DNA from: Candidatus Omnitrophota bacterium
GTDB lineage: Bacteria; Omnitrophota; Gorgyraeia; 2-01-FULL-45-10
Length of the DNA stretch: 64,000 nucleotides
NCBI GenBank assembly: GCA_041648975.1
Contig: JBAZNZ010000010.1
Location: 10 to 64,009, forward strand
Direction: 5' to 3'
The notes under the pieces are model-generated. The model was not told the origin of the DNA, did no database searches, and worked only from the letters and a program-made list of their open reading frames with translations. This document shows positions 24,001 to 26,043 of this stretch, piece by piece (the stretch's first letter is position 1; the number at the start of each line of letters is the position of its first letter). Made by a program: the position numbers and the translations under genes.

Positions 24001-24713
24001 ATCGTAATAGATACGGCTGCGCTGACAGCAGGGACAATAGCGCGCCGCAGGTTGAAGAAGGGCCATGAAAAGCGCCTCCCGGGCTCGGCGCGGCTTGCGG
24101 GAATTGCTTTAGTCTCGATGGCGGGCAATTTCTCTTCAGGTTCTTTTGCCGCTACTTGTTTTTCCGCAGGCAGAGATTTAGCCGGCGCAACCTGCTCCTG
24201 GGGCTCGACCTTGCCGGCTTCCGGAGACTCGAAGAGCTGCTCATATAGCAGCTCTCTCCGGTTAACCGGTATCGATACCATTACCTTCTTATTACGATAT
24301 TTGTTTATATTAGATTCTAAAGGATCAAACTTAAAATACCGGAGGGTATAACCTGAAAAATTTATGAGGACTTCGTCATAAAATATATTGCAGACCATTC
24401 CATTGTCCTGAAGCCACTCGTGGTCCTGTTCTGCCATCGTCCTGACAGCCTTCTTGACATCGTCCAGGGTTAGGTCAGCCTTTTCCTTTCCAGAAAGCCT
24501 CTGGATAAGCACGTCAATGAACCTGACGCTTGCCTTAGGACCGGAATCTTTGAGCTTCAGGAAAGATTCAACCGCTACTTTGTTATTCCGGGGCTTTCTT
24601 TCGCTGAAAAAGTCGGGGTTCGCCCAGGTGATATCCTGGGCAATAAAAGTGATGACAAGGATGGCTGCGATTATCCTTATGGGCCGGTTGAATCTTCTGG
24701 ATGGTGTTTGCAT
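1..24713 (-). CDS. Giant multidomain membrane-associated protein, N-terminal >8,237 codons inside the window; stop codon lies beyond the window start. Mosaic of alpha-glucan enzyme modules (GT35, GH77, GDE, 2x GH13-like) plus ELFV-dehydrogenase-like and SAM-MTase-like modules and several TM clusters.
   Basis: ATG at 24713-24711 with an in-frame TAA 5 codons upstream. The frame (codon top coordinate = 2 mod 3) was hand-translated at 24713-24580, 20759-20520, 14219-14100, 12050-11970, 4379-4140 and 140-1 and is open everywhere. The track lists no minus-strand ORF in this frame, as expected if the frame never closes inside the window. The + strand ORFs here are short, mutually overlapping and R/V/F/S-rich, typical of antisense. 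N-terminus MQTPSRRFNRPIRIIAAILVITFIAQDITWA looks like a signal anchor. Confidence 0.8.
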   Translation of the reverse strand, partial: MQTPSRRFNRPIRIIAAILVITFIAQDITWANPDFFSERKPRNNKVAVESFLKLKDSGPKASVRFIDVLIQRLSGKEKADLTLDDVKKAVRTMAEQDHEWLQDNGMVCNIFYDEVLINFSGYTLRYFKFDPLESNINKYRNKKVMVSIPVNRRELLYEQLFESPEAGKVEPQEQVAPAKSLPAEKQVAAKEPEEKLPAIETKAIPASRAEPGRRFSWPFFNLRRAIVPAVSAAVSITIAALLLHLAYGGLGSPESILNLAGVAKRMAESYPGIRRTVCVAACIMPLAIATQLDRSRVIGLISLQNEERRRKRVAPNMAIPGAGYRAKGRGPYSPLRRHELPDIEDEPGDDVDHTNPFLRYHISAEHAFELDHNTDTAKRIRRLPYKPTADKKSQALQEKYAANGLFKKMREAKEPGRLAMILSERPNFRNLTAKQRVDIIETARNISISVIAGCVIIGNDKGRNILCSTRTGFSEEIHGLKPTMWLGEILLNKLSAEDLAQLLLEECQHIVKPGYELPGGRIINDHGVIAGAEHPEDAIEHDGRLISRLLSIAKVLELQDDEFADNTGERFRLNLRGVEAPGPITIEILRRSNGAVVGTMEFGFKTNYGNGNLTLDLGVVDIRADVGGVNYQDRGISSIILSLVSNAVGSNSELHISSGTLNGAHIYVSHAAGGEDFADVIKEIAELSEGEKDTLRRIDPDAISYILTAPLYLPHQFKPRFSTLNLLSEEMQNDDGSKALSRLLTTLANVLYRKPDMLERYRISFACAYARYVYRNYYIPMMTGGNPEILIPDSEPLGKEMIESGRAALFGAGLEGLYWISVAQPGKRIALVDNNSFIATILAEYLRLVNDYRSSGAIGPLDVEIVEDDITDRAFPKRMNGGFDVISVNRTLHEAGRIASGYDEFSMNQEKRIGALDPQPVNARSMLFSNIAQLLSPPGMAIFIEILDSRQSDLTADVVRREIDDNGRLEIATQMEESDADQTVVVTVAKRRHAAGMFVRAKTESPNMAAEDEDGQAQRKDSPVTESPLDKLILLRERIGLKFIGVSAAIGAALMSSLAVIGLCRGPGLLDDIYIAVIFGPLFWFFGAAAGAAAAFAAFRAVNRVLFAQKELALTVEQKLDEALTACATRLLPADLPNAKDILRKALIEDADAYRYCVKRKLPLTLMFDSANSEMFSWYKDKKPFRVAITVMEDGSLVVTSVNSCSGDAGTTLAKGGCRWYQFTSEAEFANKSGQVLAESARLAEAMGDKNPLWDVFFDGGKTVFLAVPGAHKESVIRNWVASSIASGMLCGLYIAGPDMDMGETEMTWLQDEADKRFRERVIRNKILKPLGKRSILATTSRPEAMGSLPHMPWMVTSRGVVDSLAVAISDTEALAHHGVKIDENNKTVIIQGFGDVGSGVVKLLLTEYKRLGFKITGVSDKFGAVYSAKGLDIDELMRLRQMFENGEKFELAKAYQGEGVERYDGDPDEILYKDCTALVLAAGSNIFTKQKNNISRIRAKLIVEGSNNAFESGLENILHEMGILYIPGPVANGGGIYTSTEEVIHYYMKVFTGLKSHVLDAISDYSTSITKTILAMYKAGGYKTHPYKIMQELSNKIRVEKKKLLEEGASNPVIAQRAAIYTKRAVPKKYALIIAASEIAHDKVYYGNIDASLELAKLDSLKDDELANTLFVLGRVFTFKVDPADPLRAAAKIKFIDILRSDRPAVVRRSAAEALSYVCEGMSQSDIKDTLSALEEAAAEDGNVGVWARWSLDKLHEAVSWRSTLSRWFGGPPVLALLAQVRSAANKPRRKGKVPDMADDMSQSGRKRPSSSFVREIRTRSYLVKPAERIILQKARESLPRGSSGRPLKVLDLFSGYNTYIPGSIPVEEVVGIGLNRIELAGNRRLTASVVQDLNENQRLDFEDGRFDVVMITSGMAYLEPKNYRMLFEEIARVLKSGGALFIAFTDDYYELEAVDEWKLAGQKERAALIEDSILITEGFEGLRHEQKLYTLSNQMVPNKPVDIITVYKKPAETGPVAGKAVPRRKGESPDMAKEDDSIPGQRSVREIAQFRGTDQPVSPQVRTSALKVIAEFLVKLVLPNRSWSYSVTLPGETLNKRLIIPIVFVSVIGLIGLYFTSFTYYQVVFSTIMTVVSNMLIDFSSQYSANRKVDINQVFGMGLLVGVLNGPFLYYVYASPTPYFMKVILATCCTIVVTIWYAVVSMIIHNVSYKGERSERAEEFSVQKVRERIQRPFLWKVGGDFLRHVGIQLVSDVYIRVFLACLTGSTLAIFFAYFLNLRKITSGTASQPQALVSQKFVSPVKAGRRVDGNFMPLLQGRSRQDWGVLDFDTVKPLVDFNAEMGQHIIQWFPIMVSDSYSNSPYSMESSKLIDPKYLSVPAFLRDYPAQDGSDFIKDNQAEIARLNAAQRVDHYRVAQLKLDCLRRVWGNFKDDKSNPLYAEYERFLRENGSELSDHILYRQLKTEGLLNNNMRGWDWRRWNDYDKGLSDYGLTRRTGEPNPAIERARQRHAKEIEFQLFVQFAARRQLEELMGYGRRQGVEFAIDHPFAFGGADTWLHPEVFGLKKENGYRRLTVQGVPPEGAYPAGQHWQFYPFDWDNPATLEFLKANAMLYKELGFMYNRKDHGLGYYRTYHISQDIDEDMTLEKLGLFEKIEAIRQEVLAGKKSKKKACEEVMGLIKGKLLDMRQRGEHPGLPEDALQLLFDEHGNLRPDNMIKMGRMVPQAQHGEMLPPGSPRVREDIVEKKVFKGEPMWDFIRLTPSDMLKDGGFMVQYLFPEDGALPPQANDSVLVGYFKLAKGESVLSEFLKFAQEEGMVEIWETLGALPENINQSTRRLGGSILTPVIWGLDPGDMFHPSKHLPNAFVTGSVSDSCTIRTRWEEEMDGNPDLKAQKTALIKKWKTEDSRFVGPEGSYRAFTPEVHQKILEMIYASPGSMVVLNWLDILGLTDEYRLNRPGVQTAQWEMRLPGDVTVEDLLGAARNLKRVGGAEAHQTTARATEAVKLLMHLKSFRKPPEHKTGVTEILNVEPQTQQIRVVGEPFLVDAYVRGDVKSVNMVVSAGGNEVKVPMTKCVVSAGLPAGDEKWTHNDWAARVPGHYDAHIEVETTDGVIVASGKKDLFAVPPDSDLNICSPGYIGNKIKTEGRINAEKAAPVIAYLRGRGWQDKNIAFVCGLREEAIIGGMLGIAQYLIGYDHTGIFACISAATVLLFTIGHMGGVYEYDKSGKLTRAPPKLTKDFALKILTILGLGTFLRSIYIIPFLFLPHVTAISIFITISAALVTAITLGHGFYNRDIARLLKLAVGMAAGQQLVGQAADGTFTESRIISDSDGILIAARWQKDGDRVRLSVVNHSDRAKSGIAPLKLHHLGVDVSQPSRHVDLSTGSEVMFIPGENISPDGSIYYELEPGRKHEFEITINKEKALEARMMDSFIERVFIDGEGLAAIEAGVPNFPHQEWGRDSMISLLGAIETGRFDTTRAILLKWARWEKDGLIPNVHGKYESSDAALWFIEAIYRHIDKFNDIAILDMAVGENNRKVSDVLRAIMTRYSTTGDDPSSVHADAATGFIYSPARFTWMDTKNTLRQGYPVEIQALWFNALNRMRELDPENRTEYRKTAEKIRNNFDEYFWNEEEGTVFDILGTEGFQTAEQSKQENRRDPCVRPNQIFVVYFGLAAGEHAKRIVESTRDRLLIPGTGALRSLAPPVKMYVEDTRDNEEGKVIGWPKGYGEYYYRYYDKDKPQEDRDKAYHNGTGWPWLYPFYMLCAAEYGYMTKEEAKAKMVDECMELARDPYTGGDYLFNGGSPELVDAEASQIPGGEGKKNYPKGCWRQAWSNASVLWGLGRLESDTPLAGAGNVRAKSAVIGYCRFKPDNIGAAMADIRSGMGKEIELNQEAQSDFAAVLAEAKSRIGGDNGAVMLLADLYARSRIRFAKMPVEAVYADETLYIDDNFLVQDKREDLIVCLCEAVRASERSDKLIIEVDAHGLARAFGTTLDKIPDVVMDQNLGDGVPAKIIDDSSGLKRLHLNPRYLHCDPKLIKDIWDWYAYELGAGHIWFKGVWQESPLSKAMAREWHERDVASGKESPGATRESGSKYDVYDYKIDPRLIASDNTNEGFRRFVRERLKPKGLKCDLDFVTNQFASDSPLIFSEESAGLFWSWKDRDEFFGWARGNPDLKNLSDEELEARLLKGPGREFSWVAEGMFFEAEVTDGEMARWMDEGILPARYHDSMRIVRHMAPGALSLALINYSKGQNRGKIADILGSIADMTCEGGVRADLADWIYWNRYFDEKLKPWGISREAAGRMMPREIWDDLMAGLREKHPGLLILGEVYGENNRVFFREMGMRQGGCAVSYNKEFADTLSGGTAQAVRGYLFGAGGTSAQARDATMYTNHDEGVGLERLGSMEHVRAAAAICAMGGGYMLIPFIEFLPIERPPTREKTAEKNWRDSAVYIPEYPFENLDIGLAEESNSFTHRPHRGVQRRWAHAESVRKSQPDVAVALRSDGVTHTIVVPWYVDTLENSGLIPMVRHTGQEDVLEVVNDSDVPTETTICLDRIFGPGAAGDSMEGELSNVVLSTGTKVFFGPRTLVIELPKYGRCRLVFRQTEAYKNGRESADALLAEAYTRARPESEGGDGAAWASNFYSHHKDEISFAEFKAVFEDVLERLLFSNQDIIRRGTAWIISHEEFLGPVAFLSAADNQQLENLLQGSGDRSVLPLALDHKFAGLGAIIKFFELVSAAKQRWIIAQLMSAAMAVDDINLRTQIMKEVFSSMPAALPLIAEAGRLKMPAGTEEALMQRRYKQIPMMRAGKIKDMITPAVAAKVFVRKRESSDGEDIYEITEEDTGITLNDIARQNAWVEAENTCDIAGAQPLRPRLINLKVKSEESMDAFALIADGEVYLLFLGDNHTGAILPESFGFLPEAGAIEGFSGTYLLFDINTKRSERTTDKRQLTAEPLPVSIPQGGQVFHLIPAFDKERPGIMQVMVRFLGGLDRLRQNLERLLESIIIPQGNTIYLVGVHREGEIGKMLNDSKLSPPDHLYTRDIGGERVQYRVVVRDTPKARKNETASAFSVSDMADPDVIDKVKTCSQWLAGRKITTAVDITGHLTPDSPLVVKHPYWCVPHTNVPVQWRADGIPEGLSEQQILETQGVSEGPRSAAFLLYVPCNDPNDPLVVKLKERGFVSGIEKIGGKPTGRIRVLISHNRTHRAMTSTAALDLRHPKVHRYLLNTIRAWIESGVTVFRIDMADRFPIELLAEFRKEFPQARFITEHYNLFGALIDIFRKSGIDEFYDYSELWTRLRDQFSKEDSAAPVQRWLYNAQKYLTIGIFVNFVSNHDEDVALSMYEGNREKYLCDLAITAFLPGYFMFNFPDALGFMMPGYRDRHTGELRHDIRRHATYEKFRQLVKETNEGRPLDGETYEALPYDTSIAGGVANVINAKGDPIFRKGVMLNAPPQDECVYFTRSYQGRTAIVVANRSPEPRTLEITKYLNMPDVEKTVAEFLPWEVRVYFVDGTTLHERDIVNGSMLYRRARQLFGDGTNHAWALQLCDECRAWQAPLNEVRRAVRLMLRYGDENMKKGSLWILTGADGGFKQEFDYAEEGNFAIVRDSLHTGDMKAGIALGQLVADAVIVSGLRERILAKITHAFGPDLGGLSIPQITNLLHLEKALLEQEHGPEWAGKFLESRKGAFGNETFFASCYQAVAAWSRSAVQADRDAAGWMLYDPQSELSSRFRDYYLARISAVKDRLEHDDIQAIEALKGLIDEVIEIPGLARRVSSEMVNAVCSGIAHFNEHEQLRTLYSAEAMLLRQTLNIAWARAIIENHKYDMTEPGRYSAFKSLVLEWNLEKDDALHDAAQWILFDPASAFSAIFMREHTDTLAGFGERLKQGDQSALDGLREYLAAAEKMPGLNECLIDKAVGTVRMVIGHIKADSDLKALLGRLLDMEADLLRQKYQAGWAREFVSGHRNHWQEENFLEVFRAVILTYNKSDNKDTVDAAQWMLFKAESPFSEKFFDKYKRMIDDMRESVKAEDAAASGTLEVLLHDAKEIAGLNRRLTDEVISRAKTGAPGEDTIFYCQLAARLLFVAANQVVAGTITRFFARQDVQMPGAARRRLETISKDLAVVEGLVVNEEGAAVPFREELAAVLADPARLNFDNYLRLESAYRKYIEGTGIQRQASRKLGLKDDERVVYLSLEYGLSEWLRIYGGGLGILSGDTIRGLNDRYGPNTFVGVGLAYKNGYFEQHIVTAEDHANDHHRNVPVGSQVEINVPTDFSKLGEIVQETDALTGKKNDIVLKIEAGCDKYIYAKIWRIRVGRVEMYLLDTNIPENHTKDDAHPRAKELTNNLYDRGKDASGSIVPAHKDELRFMQELLLGVGGMRAVASCGMRPALVHMNESHSAFAGLELISQEQKRRSAGAPAGSRFEDAKRAAHDRMIFTTHTPIEAGNEQFDEELFRDYFEHYANLNGLNYEDIKKIFLHPSRRFNNQDMVCMADAALELSCRANAVAKSHARVSRTLYKNGNKIIAITNAVHRRFWQMKPMQAFLEGLLKHAKSLGYLKRMAMDRLNEEQIRQLIGYADPDKYLAMRKAAKKAAIEDLRQKRPASRLEGLDDNALTIVVARRAAPYKRLDLVLKRIETLRAEATKRGLKLQIVFAGKAHPADDKGKDIIRSINEFILSDRNKGDVFFVENYDIDVAKHLASIADVWLNNPIPPLEASGTSGMKAGLCGALSVSTPDGWVLEAENAWDEEKNQPKPLSEIKGAAFLFNESSIKVKDDKDIESANRRNEETADNMLKALTEVMEVYANNKNRWAELSKNAVYDTMAHFTMGRFAGDYERDMYLPSLRESRALAAATAAKGLVAPSTLPITQSISRWWYNRVLRLNLGEEELLRVTALEIAPWFEQLIKVGIPFGLFAILERLFPAIGLFRTGILTSIIGIGGLIFIILHLKSMRAPPVRIGTVPTSVDSTVRGQSLFKQLAAPAIISIFDTIAVFFLPTSPWIAIGVTAISHFIVNFIIMRLRMRGHEIGYATLQATAKVGVVSVVPSLRLNVDNRIVDDNFMEAVHYFNSEVLVSSKPSGLPLEPLTWEKVLDVVELFRGDRKNKEYSDEIRTERLRTLKERLPVDTDILKIANTRFDNENDLFDAAVDLYIYIIGRQILIDHAKKGEGRAHAKPGLPGFDTVREYRPVNAFNSYLPHPAGAHNRMAYFIVSYLFRNNGYKGALFTRREEFGNSGLFGYYFVTNNASAKPRLMNFFKAHMKKEGPDMAGDFAGSIQSDFFAALKQEGLLLPKYARQECIITSNILAEILSARFNIPIGGNDSVRIEIIPGYYKYKDALPVYHQWIAVYTGDEEPSLYIDASFGQFESTYKDTVIVRPYFEKSKNLIDSRSDFLDTIATLGMDLDGINELSLRSEEVGAAPKIVIRYNDYLHAERIRSGKWVYPFEQTIRSAMDRIKIRFARPWQPATLPLTQSIGRWWYNKVLKLNLGEEELLRGTAIEIAPWFEQILKIGAPFGLFAVLEYLFPAISIFRTGILTSIIGIGGLIFTILHLKSMRAPPDKIFKQSIAPAIVSIFDTIAVFFLASSPWIAIGITAVSHFIVNFAVTRLRQKGIGVGYAVLPADMNELWDKPAIMPGSIFGTGWFASLAVSPLIEELLRALFYVNGGWVGFFYISATLIAVHYFNKSAYIELYKKMNNGEEPPGGADMYQRVFGIPVAVMLGTLFVAALSCFTGIKNTFPDIAANFMIAHLTGNIFAKLYSLRYPRDILMPASLAPVTTRQAHDLYHSNISQEMRKISDTLDARLKIYGLRLGSRPHRGGIMHYDIEKAIKDIVEEERRRMLRAGKVDDDVDGQEIVLFTGLHPVKLWLEDGIVVILNPGFDVDHAGRNELTVYARKRSKVIHEKSELKGWMHFAESEGIASEEDIVEKSVLGDRIMEWANKRDAQGMLVNKDKAAEARKRLHQSACRKELEYLLTNEWGLFPTASGEIMRRLPNAAIEYIIDNGLKIEILRLGSPARNPDLLDISPDGKTIDISYKCLAAHTPQWFEHRILNYIHFRRLLISYDHSLEYACAVEFWAEYQTFKALEKTNPDGAGLTPDLKKYFNACTAWVTPQLDEETRMRIVTENIYGDVTDRLEDALVEEGETRRNAGLAIEDLDADYIVNIIAFDDLDLELKEKLEELEMETEDLGIGNNLDPYIASVPQNRASLKGDTLSSAAQQGPQSPDMASFDELRTPSRASRGMA
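1890..4200 (-). repeat. Duplicated ~170-aa four-helix transmembrane module inside the giant ORF (two copies about 1.8 kb apart)
   Basis: The antisense + ORFs 1861..2439 and 3550..4224 are about 75 percent identical to each other. Sense strand: TLPITQSISRWWYNRVLRLNLGEEELLRVTALEIAPWFEQLIKVGIPFGLFAILERLFPAIGLFRTGILTSIIGIGGLIF (about 4150-3900) versus TLPLTQSIGRWWYNKVLKLNLGEEELLRGTAIEIAPWFEQILKIGAPFGLFAVLEYLFPAISIFRTGILTSIIGIGGLIF (about 2350-2100). Confidence 0.6.
4215..6200 (-). other. Domain of giant ORF: GT35 alpha-glucan (glycogen/maltodextrin) phosphorylase module
   Basis: VVYLSLEYGLSEWLRIYGGGLGILSGDTIRGLNDRYGPNTFVGVGLAYKNGYFEQ (N-terminal GGLGxLAGD block), MNESHSAFAGLE, RMIFTTHTPIEAGNEQF and the PLP-lysine block EASGTSGMKAGLCGA (codon at 4557-4559). 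The C-terminus was translated codon by codon at 4379-4215. Confidence 0.7.
6650..7650 (-). repeat. Three tandem ~145-aa (about 435 nt) helical repeats inside the giant ORF
   Basis: DAAGWMLYDPQSELSSRFRDYY, DAAQWILFDPASAFSAIFMREH and DAAQWMLFKAESPFSEKFFDKY, anchored at about 7582, 7171 and 6740. Confidence 0.5.
8550..9450 (-). other. Domain of giant ORF: GH13 catalytic module 2
   Basis: GRIRVLISHNRTHRA (region I DxVxNHxS), DLRHPKVHRYLLNTIRAWIESGVTVFRIDMADRF (region II GFRxDxA), ARFITEHY (region III Glu), FVSNHDED (region IV). Confidence 0.55.
11400..12700 (-). other. Domain of giant ORF: GH13 (alpha-amylase superfamily)-like module 1
   Basis: GAGHIWFKGVWQESP, YDVYDYKIDPRL (GYDxxDYxxIDPxFG block), DLDFVTNQFASDSP (region I, His replaced by Gln), ARYHDSMRIVRHM (region II candidate), LILGEVYGEN (region III), YTNHDE (region IV). 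Confidence 0.5.
13150..14800 (-). other. Domain of giant ORF: glycogen-debranching-enzyme-like module (GDE_N plus amylo-alpha-1,6-glucosidase GDE_C)
   Basis: Translation checked codon by codon at 14219-14100 (KYESSDAALWFIEAIYRHIDKF...). Also FTWMDTKNTLRQGYPVEIQALWFNAL, AYHNGTGWPWLYPFYM and CWRQAWSNASVLWGLG, which are hallmark GDE_C blocks. Confidence 0.65.
15780..17770 (-). other. Domain of giant ORF: GH77 4-alpha-glucanotransferase (amylomaltase-like) module
   Basis: PIMVSDSYSNSPYSMESSKLIDP (matches GDSPYQSFSAFAGNPYLID), YGRRQGVEFAIDHPFAFGGADTWLHPEVF, YNRKDHGLGYYRTYHI (IDH region) and the C-terminal VVLNWLDILGLTDEYRLNRPGVQTAQWEMRLP (matches PMQDLLGLGSEARMNTPG..GNWRWRL). Confidence 0.7.
17900..18480 (-). 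other. Polytopic transmembrane cluster (about 5 helices) between the MTase and GH77 modules of the giant ORF
   Basis: RLIIPIVFVSVIGLIGLYFTSFTYYQVVFSTIMTVVSNMLIDF...LLVGVLNGPFLYYVYAS...VILATCCTIVVTIWYAVVSMIIHNV...LACLTGSTLAIFFAYFLNL. Comparable clusters occur at about 14850-15300, 21300-21760 and 23950-24160. Confidence 0.5.
18850..19230 (-). other. Domain of giant ORF: class-I SAM-dependent methyltransferase-like module (second)
   Basis: RPLKVLDLFSGYNTYIP (motif I region) ... LDFEDGRFDVVMITSGMAYLEPKNYRMLFEEIARVLKSGGALFIAF (motifs II-IV), translated from 19190-18860. Confidence 0.55.
19990..21180 (-). other. Domain of giant ORF: Glu/Leu/Phe/Val dehydrogenase-like module
   Basis: Hand-translated motifs DGGKTVFLAVPG, IAGPDMDMGETEMTWLQDE, TVIIQGFGDVGSGVVKLL and IVEGSNNAFESGLENILHEMGILYIPGPVANGGGI match the GDH-family GGGKGG / GPDxDxGxxEM / QGFGNVGS / EGANGP...NAGGV blocks. 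Confidence 0.6.
21950..22650 (-). other. Domain of giant ORF: class-I SAM-methyltransferase-like module (first of two)
   Basis: GAGLEGLY...RIALVDNNSFIAT...EDDITDRAFPKRMNGGFDVISVNRTLHEAGR...LLSPPGMAIFIEIL follows the motif I / II / III / post-III order of Rossmann MTases. Weaker than the second copy. Confidence 0.35.
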
Positions 24714-24920
24714 AGATTTTAAAAGTTTTGTTAATCACCAAAAAAGATAGACCAGATCGCCAAGCATAGCTTTCTAGGCAATCTGGTCTGTAATAGCTAC
24801 AATAACATAGCACAATAAAATTTCTATGTTACTGCACTGTCTAAGACCCACGATCTTCCCCGAGTTTTATTAAAAATCAGGGATCCTAGAAACAATCTGT
24901 CAAACAAAGTACTTGTATAT

Positions 24921-24948
24921 ATATTATCATATAAAAGAAATGTGTCAA
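24921..24948 (-). promoter_or_regulatory. Candidate sigma70-like promoter for the giant gene
   Basis: Minus-strand TTGACA (+ coordinates 24943-24948) followed by an AT-rich TAATAT-like -10 in an AT-rich 250-bp spacer. No Shine-Dalgarno before the ATG. Confidence 0.2.
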
Positions 24949-24967
24949 CAGATTGATTCTGGCTTTT

Positions 24968-25423
24968 TTATACCTTAACGTAAATGTAGCGGAATATTAA
25001 TTGCAGTAGAAGGTTTGTATATATTGCGGCAACTATGTCATCGAACATGACGCCCATCGATCCGGTCATTCTCTCCATCTGTTTCGCGGGTGGTATCTTC
25101 AATATATCGAATATCCTGAAAAGGAAGAATCCCAGGACCACAGCCAGCAGGCTGTAAGGCACAAAGAAGAGGCTCAAAAGCATGCCGCAGGCCTCGTCTA
25201 TCACTATCATCCTTGAATCCTTGCGCCCGTATATATTCTCCGCCTCCCCCGCGAATATCATGCCCAGGATGAAGAGGAAAAATATGCAGAAGGCGTAAAG
25301 TATCTCGTTCTTCCTGACAAGAAAATATACCACCAGCCCTCCCAGGCTGCCCATCGTGCCCGGCATATAAGGAGAGTGGCCCAGATAGAAAAAGCTCGTT
25401 ATCAGTTTAACCCTTTTTCGCAT
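24968..25423 (-). CDS. pgpA: Phosphatidylglycerophosphatase A
   Basis: GTMGSLGG...IVIDEACGMLL...RIFDILKIPPAKQ are PgpA family blocks. Confidence 0.8.
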   Translation of the reverse strand: MRKRVKLITSFFYLGHSPYMPGTMGSLGGLVVYFLVRKNEILYAFCIFFLFILGMIFAGEAENIYGRKDSRMIVIDEACGMLLSLFFVPYSLLAVVLGFFLFRIFDILKIPPAKQMERMTGSMGVMFDDIVAAIYTNLLLQLIFRYIYVKV

Positions 25424-25997
25424 TGGTTATTACCTCCCTGTTTTTCATTAGAAAGGATACCCCGCTCGCCAATGTAAACGCAACCGTTATCAGCATGATA
25501 ACATAGATAACGTTTGAATATATAAGCTCCGGACGCCCGCCCCAGAACCCGAATGCTGCTCTGCCGCCTTCTCTCAATATAAGGAATATAAGTATCACAT
25601 ATATCGAGAACATCTGCCAGACCGTCTTATGCCGTCCGCTTCCATCGGCGGGGATCACTCTTCCTTTAGTAAGCGCAAGCATCCGTATCCCGGTTATCGC
25701 AACCTCCCTGAAGACGATGACGATGACCATCCATGCCGGGATAATCCCCATTTCGACAAATACGAGGAAGGCCGACAGGACAAGAATCTTGTCCGCGACG
25801 GGATCCATCAGTTTTCCGAAGTCCGTAATCTGGTTGTTGCGTTTAGCGAGGAATCCGTCAAGGGCGTCCGTGATGGACGCTAAAAGGAATACGAGGAAAG
25901 CCGCCACTTTCGCCGCAAGGCCTGCCGACAATATTAAAAATATAAACGCGAAAGCGAGGATTATCCGCAGTATTGTAAGTTTATTCGGAAGGTTCAC
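25407..25997 (-). CDS. pgsA: CDP-diacylglycerol--glycerol-3-phosphate 3-phosphatidyltransferase
   Basis: CDP-alcohol phosphatidyltransferase motif DALDGFLAKR...GKLMDPVADK, multi-TM. Confidence 0.8.
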   Translation of the reverse strand: MNLPNKLTILRIILAFAFIFLILSAGLAAKVAAFLVFLLASITDALDGFLAKRNNQITDFGKLMDPVADKILVLSAFLVFVEMGIIPAWMVIVIVFREVAITGIRMLALTKGRVIPADGSGRHKTVWQMFSIYVILIFLILREGGRAAFGFWGGRPELIYSNVIYVIMLITVAFTLASGVSFLMKNREVITNAKKG

Positions 25998-26043
25998 CCC
26001 GCCCTTCCTTTCTTGAGTTCCCGGCCCTCAGGAAGGGCGGGGT

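Noticed and set aside
1-24713. Possibility that the left 24.7 kb is several ordinary minus-strand genes (glgP, malQ, glgX, gdh and others) rather than one ORF
   Set aside because: Separate genes would need stop codons. Any stop followed by a start codon and 60 or more codons before the next stop would appear in the track, and the ORF from 24713 would be listed if it terminated inside the window. My hand translations across module boundaries (for example 4379-4140, phosphorylase C-terminus into the TM module) show no stop or frameshift.
1-24713. Alternative genetic code explaining absent stops
   Set aside because: An alternative code makes stops appear inside genes, not vanish. Flanking genes end with TGA (truB), TAA and TAG normally.
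123-24750. About 100 listed + strand ORFs (60-280 aa) tiling the left 24.7 kb, including 7890..8726 (278 aa) and 3550..4224 (224 aa)
   Set aside because: They overlap one another in several frames and are Arg/Val/Phe/Ser/Pro-rich with no domain signatures. They lie antisense to a continuous, clearly protein-like minus-strand frame. The similarity between 1861..2439 and 3550..4224 is explained by the sense-strand duplication.
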